Virus record (IMG/VR): IMGVR_UViG_3300021479_000008
Location: 1 to 55,002 of that record
Length of the DNA: 55,002 bases
Origin: a virus
Taxonomy: Duplodnaviria; Heunggongvirae; Uroviricota; Caudoviricetes
Direction: 5' to 3' (one strand)
Part shown: positions 17,569 to 26,721 of the stretch, one piece after another
Layout of the letters: each line of letters opens with the position of its first letter
How positions within the stretch are numbered: the first letter of the stretch is position 1
The notes under the pieces: model-generated
What the model was told of the DNA's origin: nothing
The model's database searches: none
Seen by the model: only the letters and a program-made list of their open reading frames with translations
Position numbers and translations under genes: made by a program

Positions 17569-18698
17569 ACCAACACTCCCTTATATTCCAGACTACACAC
17601 TCGATTATAAGCCCCAACCCATTTTCTCATGCAATACGCCGTTCGATGTATAAATGACTTGGCATCTACAGTCCAAATCTTTCCTGTAAATTTCTCTACT
17701 TGATCTTCCATTCTTTCTGCCAACGAAAGATAACAATCTGAATACGTCGTACCATCCAACTTTTCTTCATGCAACCATTCTGTCAAATCTTCGAGCATCT
17801 GGATACAAGCATATTCTTTTACTAGGTCTTCCATGTAGTCGTGATTGTTACGAATGTGATTTACAATGGGAGTACCTATTCTGATCTTCTGTCCCATCTT
17901 CTTAACGCATGCTTGCAAAAAATATCCGGTAAAAATATCAGCGTGATGGTCTATTCGCATTCCGTTGATTACATTTCCCATCGGGATGAAGTAGTTGGCG
18001 ACCATTGCTTCTCGACTAACGGCTGTGTTCTGGGAATTTATGGGAGACCACGTCTTGTCCCCAAGAAAGAACGATCTACTATTATATACCGGTTCTGGCT
18101 TTGACGTAAAACTCATCCACGTTAAAGCGTCTAGGTCTGGATCTTCCATCCACAACCCCTCATTAACAGCTACAATTCCGTTTACATCACTCTTTAATAT
18201 GACTGGCCCTTTTTCATTTCTTTGTTTATAAGGAAATCCTCTGGGATAAGCCTTCAAACGCAAATGATTGCAAATGTTACACCACGACGATTGTACTTCC
18301 GACTGTGTGTCTCTTTGTCCAACTAAACTGTGTAAATTAAAAAATCCAGAATCTTCGCGACAGTAATTATCATCATCTATACTGATGATGACTTCACACC
18401 CATCTTGAAGTGCTTTGAGATACCCAACGTTCCGACGATTATCCGAATTTACTGGGATAAGATCAAAGCCGAATTGTTCACGTAAAAACATCCGCTGCAC
18501 GTTTATAGGTTCATGCCAAACATCCCATCCAGCGGATGAAAACCTATAACACTGTTCGTACAACTCATGCGGCGTTTTTAGATCTGGAACAATGTAAAAC
18601 GTAACATCTTCTTGTACACCTTCGGCTTCCGCTTGCTTACAGTATCCTTCCAGAAACTTTCCATCGCCAATCGTCGTGCATACTAATCCAATTTTCAT
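17565..18698 (-). CDS. RGP/GT75-like (UDP-sugar mutase-like) protein
   Basis: SDNRRNVGYL, IISIDDDN, RGFPY, GLWMEDPDLDA, NSQNTA. Confidence 0.65.
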   Translation of the reverse strand: MKIGLVCTTIGDGKFLEGYCKQAEAEGVQEDVTFYIVPDLKTPHELYEQCYRFSSAGWDVWHEPINVQRMFLREQFGFDLIPVNSDNRRNVGYLKALQDGCEVIISIDDDNYCREDSGFFNLHSLVGQRDTQSEVQSSWCNICNHLRLKAYPRGFPYKQRNEKGPVILKSDVNGIVAVNEGLWMEDPDLDALTWMSFTSKPEPVYNSRSFFLGDKTWSPINSQNTAVSREAMVANYFIPMGNVINGMRIDHHADIFTGYFLQACVKKMGQKIRIGTPIVNHIRNNHDYMEDLVKEYACIQMLEDLTEWLHEEKLDGTTYSDCYLSLAERMEDQVEKFTGKIWTVDAKSFIHRTAYCMRKWVGAYNRVCSLEYKGVLV

Positions 18699-18704
18699 AT
18701 TCTC

Positions 18705-21122
18705 CTATCTGTTTGCTGGCCTCATGCTGATGTTGTCTTTGATCCATGTTCCCAGTTGCGTTCTCGCAGTAAACAACTCCTGCTTTGTCATCGTATCCAA
18801 ATCCAATATCAATGTACTGGGATCGTCGTCGTTTAGTTCCCACATCTTCGAGAAAGCGTCAATCGGAAGTTCTTTGATACCAAAACGTTCTGGGGTAATC
18901 CATACTTGCGATCCCGGATATGGCTGAAACATATGCAGACTAGCTGCGTCGGGTTTCGCTGTCTCCAACCATTTCTGCATCTCGTCTATACTCTCCCAAG
19001 TCTCACCGGGAAAACCTATCAACAAATAGGCTCTGGCGACTATACCCGCGTCTTGGCAAATCTTGATGCCTATCGTGTTTGCTTCTGGAGTAGTTCCTTT
19101 GTTCATGGCTTTGAGCATTCTCGGGGAACCATGCTCGACACCGAATCCCATTTCGGTGCATCCACGTACTGCCATGTACTCGAACAACTTTGGGTCCATC
19201 AGATTAACTCTACTCCATCCGCGCCAGAGCATTCCGTAGTCATGGAATATATCTACCAGCTCCATACAACGTTTTGCTTTGATTGTTAAGACGTCATCCC
19301 ATATTCTCAACGAATTAATGCCATGATTGGCCAACCATTTAACTTCTGCTTCCACCTGAGCAGGGGTTTCTTCACGTAACTTTGTTCTTGCGTCTGCACA
19401 AAAGTAGCACCCATACGGACAATTATGCACTAACACTCCATTCGCAAAGTAGTTATGCACTGGATGAACGGTAATATTATAAACCTTTGCTTTACCAACA
19501 AATGTTTTTTTAACTACCTTTGTCCAAACCCCATAAGCTGTTGTATTAGATGGGACCTGTTGTAGGTTTTCAAATGGCGAGTCCACACTATAAAAATCTT
19601 CCACCCATATTTCTTGTAATCTTTCCGTTCTACCTTGTCTTTTTTCTTGTCTTTGTGCCAATGTTCTCCATGTACCAAAATAGCTTTTTTCTTCTTTGAA
19701 TCTACAAAATCCGGATTTCGTCTTGTGCCAGATATACACGGCCCTATCCAAAACTGTCCATCTCCAACGTAACGAAAGTCTGGAAGATATTGACGTAATA
19801 TAACTTCCAATCTTGCCTCGGGCCTGCTTTGCGTGATCCCTGTTCCGTGAGATCGTTCCCACGGCATCGTCATTAAACCTTTTTTCCATCTCTTGGTCAA
19901 AGCCTTCGACATTATTTTGCTGTATTTCCTCTTGATTGTTTCTGAAACTTTTTTTGCTACTTCCGGACGTTTCATTGGATTCAAGTCGCCTTTCTTGCAT
20001 TCCGATAAAAGCTTCCGAACCCTTTTGGTAGGAACAGGAGGATGCCCCCAAAACTTGGACCGTTCCTCCTTCGTCATTTTCCTCGCCATTCGTCTCATCT
20101 GTCTGTTGCCGTGTGTTGCCATATAAGCTTTGTAACATTCCACAGAACAATACGTTGCCTTCCTGATCTTGTATTCCTGAAACTCGGTCAGACATTGTGG
20201 ACAACATATCCATTCCTTCACAGACATCTTTGATTTCTTCCCATCCATATGGACTCCAAACGGGATGTTCTCCGGTAATCTGTAAAACTGTTCCATTTTC
20301 TAACTTTAATTCCCACACATCAGTTGCATCTCTTTCCCAAACTGCTTGAACCGGAGCTGATACACATTCAGAACTATCTGTATTAAAACCCCGTACTAAA
20401 TCTCCAACTTTAATCGCTTCAACTGGAAGCGCTGTTCCATCGTGTAATGTTACTAACGTTCCTGCTACAATACATCCCCGCGCAGTCCATAAAGAACCAA
20501 TAGTCCGTTCTGTTGCATCCACTGATTTACCATGCTGGGAATTAACAAGTAGACCTCCTTTGCCCCATTCTCCATCCCACAGATCGTATGCTGGTAATGG
20601 CATCTTCAACACATCCGGTAACGGTGGTTGTGGATTGTAATGTATCGTTCCATCTAAGTCAAACCATCCGAAACCCGGCACGTTTAGAATTTTGCCTTGT
20701 TCCCAATCGTTGCAAAACTGGACGAAGGAGTCTTCGCACTCTCCAGCCATGAGATAATCAAAACCTTGAAAGAACTTCTTGTGCTTGAACTGCTTATGTG
20801 GTCCGTGGAGAATATACGTTACATGCGGACCACCTGCTACCTTTACTTTCGCTGGCCATGTGGCAGCAAGCTGTCCTCCGAATTCTGCGTTAGGCGTTAC
20901 GCAACTTACTCCGAGAATATCACATGGCTCAAGCAACTCTTTCAAAACGATTAACTTTCCACGTTCGTTATCCCACGCTGTCAGTTTGTGACAATCAACA
21001 ATCTTTACCTCATGCCCAGCTTCACGTAAAGCCGCACCTAGATAAAGTAAACCAAGGCTAACATGGAGGCTTGGCGTGAATAAAGCAAACGACGGACCGC
21101 CTGTGAGAATTACTTTAGCCAT
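18705..21122 (-). CDS. Cobalamin-binding radical SAM protein interrupted by an intein
   Basis: B12 domain (SLGLLYLGAALREAGH, VAGGPHVT); after splicing TARG/CPYGCYFC; GVEHGS, LLIGFPGET. Confidence 0.9.
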   Translation of the reverse strand: MAKVILTGGPSFALFTPSLHVSLGLLYLGAALREAGHEVKIVDCHKLTAWDNERGKLIVLKELLEPCDILGVSCVTPNAEFGGQLAATWPAKVKVAGGPHVTYILHGPHKQFKHKKFFQGFDYLMAGECEDSFVQFCNDWEQGKILNVPGFGWFDLDGTIHYNPQPPLPDVLKMPLPAYDLWDGEWGKGGLLVNSQHGKSVDATERTIGSLWTARGCIVAGTLVTLHDGTALPVEAIKVGDLVRGFNTDSSECVSAPVQAVWERDATDVWELKLENGTVLQITGEHPVWSPYGWEEIKDVCEGMDMLSTMSDRVSGIQDQEGNVLFCGMLQSLYGNTRQQTDETNGEENDEGGTVQVLGASSCSYQKGSEAFIGMQERRLESNETSGSSKKSFRNNQEEIQQNNVEGFDQEMEKRFNDDAVGTISRNRDHAKQARGKIGSYITSISSRLSLRWRWTVLDRAVYIWHKTKSGFCRFKEEKSYFGTWRTLAQRQEKRQGRTERLQEIWVEDFYSVDSPFENLQQVPSNTTAYGVWTKVVKKTFVGKAKVYNITVHPVHNYFANGVLVHNCPYGCYFCADARTKLREETPAQVEAEVKWLANHGINSLRIWDDVLTIKAKRCMELVDIFHDYGMLWRGWSRVNLMDPKLFEYMAVRGCTEMGFGVEHGSPRMLKAMNKGTTPEANTIGIKICQDAGIVARAYLLIGFPGETWESIDEMQKWLETAKPDAASLHMFQPYPGSQVWITPERFGIKELPIDAFSKMWELNDDDPSTLILDLDTMTKQELFTARTQLGTWIKDNISMRPANR
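19422..20474 (-). mobile_element. Intein (351 aa) with a nested out-of-frame endonuclease gene
   Basis: Starts CIVAGTLV, block B ITGEHP, ends VYNITV...NYFANGVLVHN; the +1 residue is the first Cys of CxxxCxxC. Confidence 0.92.
19514..20296 (-). CDS. Vsr-like (PD-(D/E)xK) homing endonuclease with Zn and NUMOD3-like motifs, +1 frame inside the intein
   Basis: CPQC...YCSVEC; GDLNPMKRPEVAKKVS; SRPEARL...NPDF...ILVHGEHWH; start may be Met24 at 20227. Confidence 0.8.
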   Translation of the reverse strand: MEQFYRLPENIPFGVHMDGKKSKMSVKEWICCPQCLTEFQEYKIRKATYCSVECYKAYMATHGNRQMRRMARKMTKEERSKFWGHPPVPTKRVRKLLSECKKGDLNPMKRPEVAKKVSETIKRKYSKIMSKALTKRWKKGLMTMPWERSHGTGITQSRPEARLEVILRQYLPDFRYVGDGQFWIGPCISGTRRNPDFVDSKKKKAILVHGEHWHKDKKKDKVERKDYKKYGWKIFIVWTRHLKTYNRSHLIQQLMGFGQR

Positions 21123-21491
21123 TTATTTTCTCCACGGCTCATGGACCAATTCATCGTCTCGATCTAATCCACTACTTTGCCTAAATGCTTGATTCGATTT
21201 GAATCCTATAGGCTTACCTTTTGGGTCCGTTTCTATCACATACGCCATTTTCTGCATTTGGTATAAACTGAGAGTATTACGTAACGTATATGATGAACAC
21301 TCTACTACCGTTCTAAACGGAACAATAATTGGTTTATACGAAACAGCATCACACGTAACATGCTGTTCACTTGTAGCTTCCCCACGAATTGTTCTGGCAA
21401 AGATGCACGAATCACACAACGATTTTCCATGCAACGGCGTGCCATCCCTTACACCTCTCCATCTTTGGCTCATACTTATTCTCCTATCCAA
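21123..21491 (-). CDS. Hypothetical Cys-rich protein
   Basis: CDSC...C...C; abuts the downstream start. Confidence 0.6.
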   Translation of the reverse strand: MDRRISMSQRWRGVRDGTPLHGKSLCDSCIFARTIRGEATSEQHVTCDAVSYKPIIVPFRTVVECSSYTLRNTLSLYQMQKMAYVIETDPKGKPIGFKSNQAFRQSSGLDRDDELVHEPWRK

Positions 21492-22210
21492 TTCAACGCG
21501 ACTTCGTGATTACTGTTTCCGTGTGTTCCTACTGCACCGATATGCTGCCAATAACTATTCTCCGTTGTCCAACGTTCTCCCGGTCTGGCATAAGCGTGAT
21601 GAAGGTCTACTGTATTACCTCCACCCAAATGTTCTGGTACTGCAAATCCTCCATGACCTAGTCTCCAATTCGGAGCGTACTCTTCCCATTCGCGTCTGGA
21701 GACGGTTCCTATACCGGCTATGGACGTTACTTGAATATCTGTTCCTCCCGGGCCTGGTAAATACATCCAACCTTGTGTTTTAACTGTACGATGATGACGC
21801 GTGTAAGAGCTTCGGTATACTGACCATGCTTTTGCATTAGGGCGACGTTCTATCAGCATTATCAATGCCGTTAACCAATCTGGGTTATACAAGACATCAT
21901 CGGTCAACAAACAAACGTGAGTGACTTCCGGGTGATGACGAAACATCTGATCTGTCGTCCATATCACAACTGGATCTAATCCGTTTATCCATTCCGGTTG
22001 TTCCGCCGTTAACGTTCTGGAAAAGGGGAACTTGAATATCCAAGACTTGTAGTCGAATGTAATATTCGAAACTTTGTACGTAAAGTACATCCCAAACACT
22101 TTGTCTTTCAAATCTAGCTTTGTTTTTACCAACGAAGCAAAAGAACGTTCGGCATACTCCTTTCTCTGCTCGTTGTAAATATACGACACCAAATTTAGCC
22201 CAAGGTTCAC
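21476..22210 (-). CDS. GT-A (GT2-like) glycosyltransferase
   Basis: THVCLLTDDVLYNPDWL, WQHIG; likely GTG start at 22210 with AAGGAG RBS. Confidence 0.6.
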   Translation of the reverse strand: MNLGLNLVSYIYNEQRKEYAERSFASLVKTKLDLKDKVFGMYFTYKVSNITFDYKSWIFKFPFSRTLTAEQPEWINGLDPVVIWTTDQMFRHHPEVTHVCLLTDDVLYNPDWLTALIMLIERRPNAKAWSVYRSSYTRHHRTVKTQGWMYLPGPGGTDIQVTSIAGIGTVSRREWEEYAPNWRLGHGGFAVPEHLGGGNTVDLHHAYARPGERWTTENSYWQHIGAVGTHGNSNHEVALNWIGE

Positions 22211-22722
22211 GCTATCTCCTTGACTGCATACATCTTTTCTTGGTGGTCTATATTCCACAACAAGTCGATCTGGTGAATTATCTCTGAGCGCTTGTCGTTC
22301 AGATCGTTGATACTGAACAAAACTTCGGCGGCTCGTTTCGAGGCTTGTACGGCAAACCTGTCTGGAGCGTCTCTCAGGATTCTGGCTTCGTCTTCCAATT
22401 CCCAGATCTTTCCGTTTATGTCTGAAAGCTGATCGTACAACGAATCGTATTTACTAACTATCTGGTCACTCGTTGCAATATCTGGAATATAGTACTTGAT
22501 AAGATAGTCTTGGACTAGCTCGTACTCATCCATAAAGGCCAGGGCATTTCTGTGTTTTGTCTTGTCTCCTTCTAACACTTGACGGGTTACGGCTTTCAAC
22601 ATTGCTTTAGGACGCATCTCTGGTTGTCGTTCCATGACTCCCGTATCGCAATGAACCAGTTTCAGTTCCAAAATCGTCTGTCGATCTACAAGTTCACCAG
22701 GCTTTGGACGAATTATTGACAT
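22207..22722 (-). CDS. DUF6165-like coiled-coil protein
   Basis: PGELVDRQTILELK...INGKIWELEDEAR...LNDKRSEIIHQI; family recalled from motif. Confidence 0.55.
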   Translation of the reverse strand: MSIIRPKPGELVDRQTILELKLVHCDTGVMERQPEMRPKAMLKAVTRQVLEGDKTKHRNALAFMDEYELVQDYLIKYYIPDIATSDQIVSKYDSLYDQLSDINGKIWELEDEARILRDAPDRFAVQASKRAAEVLFSINDLNDKRSEIIHQIDLLWNIDHQEKMYAVKEIA

Positions 22723-23591
22723 ACACTCTCCTTTTCCAACTTTCTATTCAATCCATGCTGTCCAAAGAATAATGCACACTGCTTGGCTGCTTCTTCTGGA
22801 GGCGTACCATATACTGGTGATGCTTCCGGCCAATGTGTATTACTAAATGTGCTTCCAAACTGTCCTTGATGATGTCTTGCGGGGTGTGGCTCGTATAAAA
22901 ATATATTTGCTTGTCCTACACCACTCGCTAGTACGTACTGACTTGATCTACATCCGACGAATGCTTTGGCAGACTTTATTACAAATGTAGCCATTCTCCA
23001 ACTTAACTTATTCGTTTCTATAAATTGCTCATCTGGGAGCAATGAACGTAACGTGTTCAGGAAAGCTCCTTTCTGATCTGCATACAGCTCGTTAAAAGAA
23101 TAAGCTATGAAATCTTCCGGCTTGTTTTTCCACCTACCAGCTTTAGTTAGTATCAAATCCCAATACTGATTGTCTGCTTCATTAGCGTGAGCGGGAAATA
23201 TTGCTGCACCAGTACTGATAAAAGGACAAACAGGCTCGGGTAGAACGATTCCTTGCTGCGATGCTATGAAATCGACTAACGGTTGATTTGGTGCTGGATG
23301 ATGCCTGTACGTAAGGTGATAAACATTCTCGTACTGATATCTCAATGCTTCGTCGTTCTGCGGGATGGCTGGCTGATCACCATATGGACTGCCTTCACAT
23401 GCCCACGGCTCATTTACGAAAGCAGTGTCTATATACTCCTGTTGCTGGAGTAATGGAAGCAGGCTACGGTAACTGGGCATGATGCCCATATCTACTTTTT
23501 CATTATGCTTACGACTCAGTTCTCGTACTGTCGGAAGGCTCCACAAAATGTCCCCAAATTTTCCACTGAACGTACAGAGCGTCTTACTCAT
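22713..23591 (-). CDS. GT9/heptosyltransferase-like glycosyltransferase
   Basis: GKFGDILWSLPTVREL; AKAFVGCRSSQYVLASGVG. Confidence 0.7.
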   Translation of the reverse strand: MSKTLCTFSGKFGDILWSLPTVRELSRKHNEKVDMGIMPSYRSLLPLLQQQEYIDTAFVNEPWACEGSPYGDQPAIPQNDEALRYQYENVYHLTYRHHPAPNQPLVDFIASQQGIVLPEPVCPFISTGAAIFPAHANEADNQYWDLILTKAGRWKNKPEDFIAYSFNELYADQKGAFLNTLRSLLPDEQFIETNKLSWRMATFVIKSAKAFVGCRSSQYVLASGVGQANIFLYEPHPARHHQGQFGSTFSNTHWPEASPVYGTPPEEAAKQCALFFGQHGLNRKLEKESVCQ

Positions 23592-24922
23592 TATGCTCTC
23601 CTATTAGCCTTCATACACTTTTCTCCGTCGGCGTGCAAAGCACCGCACTTGGTACATACTTTAATCGTTTTTCCTTTACCACGTACAACTGGGTTATAGG
23701 CTATTTGGTTTTCAGTATCGTCTACCTTATCGGACAACGCGGCAGGCCCAGCTTTCATCTTTTTCTTAGCGAACATCTTCTGTCCGCGTACTGGACTAGG
23801 ACTAATTGGCATCGGGTGTGTTGAACGCATACTGCTTCCATTCGGTGTAGTTATACGTCCCATGTTCCCTGGCATCATTGCATCCATGCTGTCGTGCTGT
23901 GCTTTCTTTTCTTTACTACTAATATGGCCTTTGTTTCTCGTTGACCAGTTTTTCTTTGCTCCTACTGACGTTCCGGCTGCGGCTACGTACTGGATTTTTA
24001 CCTTTTCTGGATCGCCTACCAAACTTACTTCGTTGTCTTCCAGTTCGTATTCCTGTTTGAATGTTTTTCCATCGCAGCTATATACAAAATACTTCTTGTA
24101 TGGAAATACATCGGTGATATACGGATACGGTCCCGATACAGCTTTGGGGGAAGAGCTATCACCGCCCTTGTGATACTTTTTCTGGATACATTCTTGTAAC
24201 TGACTACGTAGATCGTTTTCTCCCATATCTGCGGCGGCGTTCAACTTGGCGATTCCGAACTGTGTGTCGATCGTACTTGAACCGTGGATCACGGGTATAC
24301 TGGAAGATGATCCATGGACTGTGACGTTGATCGGTCTGCCTGTTCCGGCTTTCGATTTCTGTGAATTACCTTTACCCTTACCACCTTGTCCCAAAGCTTT
24401 GGCGGGGGGTTTGATACTCTGTCCCGGATTGCCGGCTCGCGTAGAAGCATTTCCCTGTCCCGGCTTTGGTACACCCATCTTCGGAGGAACAACCTGCGCA
24501 CTCGGTCCTGGTGCTACACCAGGCTGGTGCCCGACTAGACTTGGACGTGATTGGTTCATCGTTTGTCCCGGCTGCTGCTGAGTGTTAATAGGATTGCCGT
24601 TCTCGTCGTATCCCTGTGCCTCATCTGGATTCTGTCCGTTCTGATCCAACATTGGTTGCTGATTAGGCTGGAGATTGTGTAACGTGCTCAGATGACTGAT
24701 GACACTCTGCACGGGCGCCAAGTTACGCTGGGTCTCTTCTCGGGCCATGTCGTACTCAAGCTTTTTCTGTTGCAGCTTACCGAACTGATCTTTGGTGGCT
24801 CCAACAGGGTCCTGGACATGACGGGAGACGTGGTTTGTCAACGGCGATGCTTTCGTTGCAGCTAACAACGCAGGTATATTTTCAATCGCCTTGCCGTCAA
24901 TTATATCGCGTAGGGTTGTCAT
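23591..24922 (-). CDS. Putative head morphogenesis/scaffold-like protein, P/Q/G-rich
   Basis: Coiled coil, disordered region, YITDVFP...YFVYS.DGKTFKQEY...VGDPEKVKIQYV domain of a type I associate with phage head proteins. Confidence 0.45.
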   Translation of the reverse strand: MTTLRDIIDGKAIENIPALLAATKASPLTNHVSRHVQDPVGATKDQFGKLQQKKLEYDMAREETQRNLAPVQSVISHLSTLHNLQPNQQPMLDQNGQNPDEAQGYDENGNPINTQQQPGQTMNQSRPSLVGHQPGVAPGPSAQVVPPKMGVPKPGQGNASTRAGNPGQSIKPPAKALGQGGKGKGNSQKSKAGTGRPINVTVHGSSSSIPVIHGSSTIDTQFGIAKLNAAADMGENDLRSQLQECIQKKYHKGGDSSSPKAVSGPYPYITDVFPYKKYFVYSCDGKTFKQEYELEDNEVSLVGDPEKVKIQYVAAAGTSVGAKKNWSTRNKGHISSKEKKAQHDSMDAMMPGNMGRITTPNGSSMRSTHPMPISPSPVRGQKMFAKKKMKAGPAALSDKVDDTENQIAYNPVVRGKGKTIKVCTKCGALHADGEKCMKANRRA

Positions 24923-25139
24923 GTTGTTTTTCCTTTTCGAGCAACATCGTCGGAACGTTTAACGATTTCGCATACTTGATTGTCTTCGCATTTATACCAA
25001 GGTCTTTGCACAACCTATCGATTGTATTTCTGTGTACTTCCAGTTCCCGTGCTGCGGCTGACAAGTTTCCTTCGCACTCAAGAATCTTTTCTAATACTAC
25101 TTGTCGCTTCAACTCGAATATTGTCTCTTTGAGGCCCAT
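24897..25139 (-). CDS. Fis-type helix-turn-helix protein
   Basis: LECEGNLSAAARELEVHRNTIDRL. Confidence 0.8.
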   Translation of the reverse strand: MGLKETIFELKRQVVLEKILECEGNLSAAARELEVHRNTIDRLCKDLGINAKTIKYAKSLNVPTMLLEKEKQHDNPTRYN

Positions 25140-25205
25140 TACTTCTTACCTCGCTTTGACTTGTTGTGTTGACTCCATGCTATTTGGAATGGGATAGAGC
25201 TATCT

Positions 25206-26429
25206 TCACCATACTTTTCTTTTAACTTCAAAACTTTGTTCCTCTCGTCCCGGAGGCGCCGTAAACTTCATACGCTTCTTGGTACGCATCTTCTTGATTA
25301 GCTTACTACCTTTTAGCACATCATACTGTTTTCCAACACCATGGCAATCTGGACATTGCTTGGGAAGACTGTTTTCATCTTTAGCAGGTATGCGTCCTTT
25401 ACCCTTACAAGTAACGCACCTTCTACCACTGCCGGGACCACCTGCCTTAACGACGCGGGAGAAATCAGAATTCGTAGCGCCTTTATTCAATACTCTCGGT
25501 CCTACTCCCGTTCCCGGTCCCATCAATGGTGCTTGTCCGAATCGATCGGTATAACCCGGCTTCGTTCCTGGTGCGAATACTTGACTCTTACGTGCGTTCC
25601 ATTTCAGTTTTTTCTGGTGGTGGATTGGCAGACTATCGGATGAACTTTCTTCCAACGAACCACTTGATCTCGCCATCTTTCCCGATTCCTGTTTGCTGGA
25701 GAATACGCCACTGTCGGATAGTACCGGTCCTTGATTTTCTCGAATCTGTGCCGTTCTCAGTTTCTTTACTTTCTTCTTCGAGTGCATCGTATCGTGCGGC
25801 CGACTACCCGCTTCTCCGGTGTCTTGCAGTCCGACTGGTTCTGGTCTGCTCATGCCCACTGCCGCACGCAACTGGCAGGCTGTACTCAATGGACTACCAA
25901 TGGCTTTTATTATCCCATTTCCATTACCGTTCTTTTTTGGTGGGCCGATCAAAGCCATTCGCTTCAAGGCTTTCGTTCCAACCCATGCCATGATCCTGAC
26001 TTCGCCACGCTGTCTCGCGGCTGTCGTTCTGTGTTTGCCGTCTAGTACGACTATTTCTGGAATGTATCCCAAGGCGGTCATTCCACGTTTTCGCTTGTTC
26101 AGGTCTATGACTATCGGTTCGTCGGCCATCGTTCCGGCGTTGATGAAATGTTTTACGCGGTCCGGGTGTGCTGGATTACTACAACATGCGGCGGCATTTA
26201 TGTCTACTTCCATGAGCACAAACTTCTTCGAGCTCAACCAACGGTCTGCCCACTGTTCTCCCGTCAGGTATTCTCCCGATCCCGCGGCTATGGTAAGCCT
26301 CTGCTTAATCATGTGGGCCATATCCGATACACGTCTTCCGACTTGGTGCTTCGTACGCGTTTTCGGTATCACTGGTAACGGTTGTGGCAGGTACAATGGC
26401 TGCATGGAGACGGCTTCTTGTAGATTCAT
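25206..26429 (-). CDS. ParB/Srx-like domain protein with GGPGSGR motif and DnaJ-like Zn finger
   Basis: VVLDGKHRTTAA; VKAGGPGSGRRCVTCKGKG...CPDCHGVG; MNLQ N-terminus. Confidence 0.65.
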   Translation of the reverse strand: MNLQEAVSMQPLYLPQPLPVIPKTRTKHQVGRRVSDMAHMIKQRLTIAAGSGEYLTGEQWADRWLSSKKFVLMEVDINAAACCSNPAHPDRVKHFINAGTMADEPIVIDLNKRKRGMTALGYIPEIVVLDGKHRTTAARQRGEVRIMAWVGTKALKRMALIGPPKKNGNGNGIIKAIGSPLSTACQLRAAVGMSRPEPVGLQDTGEAGSRPHDTMHSKKKVKKLRTAQIRENQGPVLSDSGVFSSKQESGKMARSSGSLEESSSDSLPIHHQKKLKWNARKSQVFAPGTKPGYTDRFGQAPLMGPGTGVGPRVLNKGATNSDFSRVVKAGGPGSGRRCVTCKGKGRIPAKDENSLPKQCPDCHGVGKQYDVLKGSKLIKKMRTKKRMKFTAPPGREEQSFEVKRKVW

Positions 26430-26713
26430 CGCTTACTCCCTTTACTGGGATAATGTTCAACTGGGCATGGAACGTTTACACCAGTGTTTCCATTCTCGTA
26501 ATTATTACAATGTGGCTGCTTGTACACGACTGCACCTATACTGATTCCAACTCCGGCTAGTTCCCATACTATATTCTTTTTCAGGAAATGTACTACACGA
26601 TTAGGTTTATGCTGTGGTTCCTGCAATACCCGCCACTCGTCACGTTTGTATGTCTGGGCAGAACATATCCCGACTAGGAGGATAATTGCAATGATCGTTC
26701 GCATGATATTCAT
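26426..26713 (-). CDS. Small exported/membrane protein
   Basis: Signal peptide MRTIIAIILLVGICSA (start possibly 26704); second hydrophobic segment. Confidence 0.6.
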   Translation of the reverse strand: MNIMRTIIAIILLVGICSAQTYKRDEWRVLQEPQHKPNRVVHFLKKNIVWELAGVGISIGAVVYKQPHCNNYENGNTGVNVPCPVEHYPSKGSKR

Positions 26714-26721
26714 TATACAGA
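26712..26721 (-). promoter_or_regulatory. Putative promoter element TCTGTATAAT (copy 3)
   Basis: Exact 10-mer at a gene junction, 7 nt before the ATG at 26704. Confidence 0.6.

Noticed and set aside
19514-20296. Nested ORF as a chance shadow ORF or a group I intron-encoded gene
   Set aside because: It has ordered endonuclease-family motifs, so it is not chance. The flanks are protein-splicing motifs in a continuous open frame, so RNA splicing is not needed. A double-indel artefact remains to be excluded with reads.
25819-26544. 241-aa plus-strand ORF, and similar plus-strand ORFs (159-596, 33399-34013, 37619-38218, 21199-21783)
   Set aside because: All lie antisense to well-supported minus-strand genes, have no recognisable motifs, and often use non-ATG starts.
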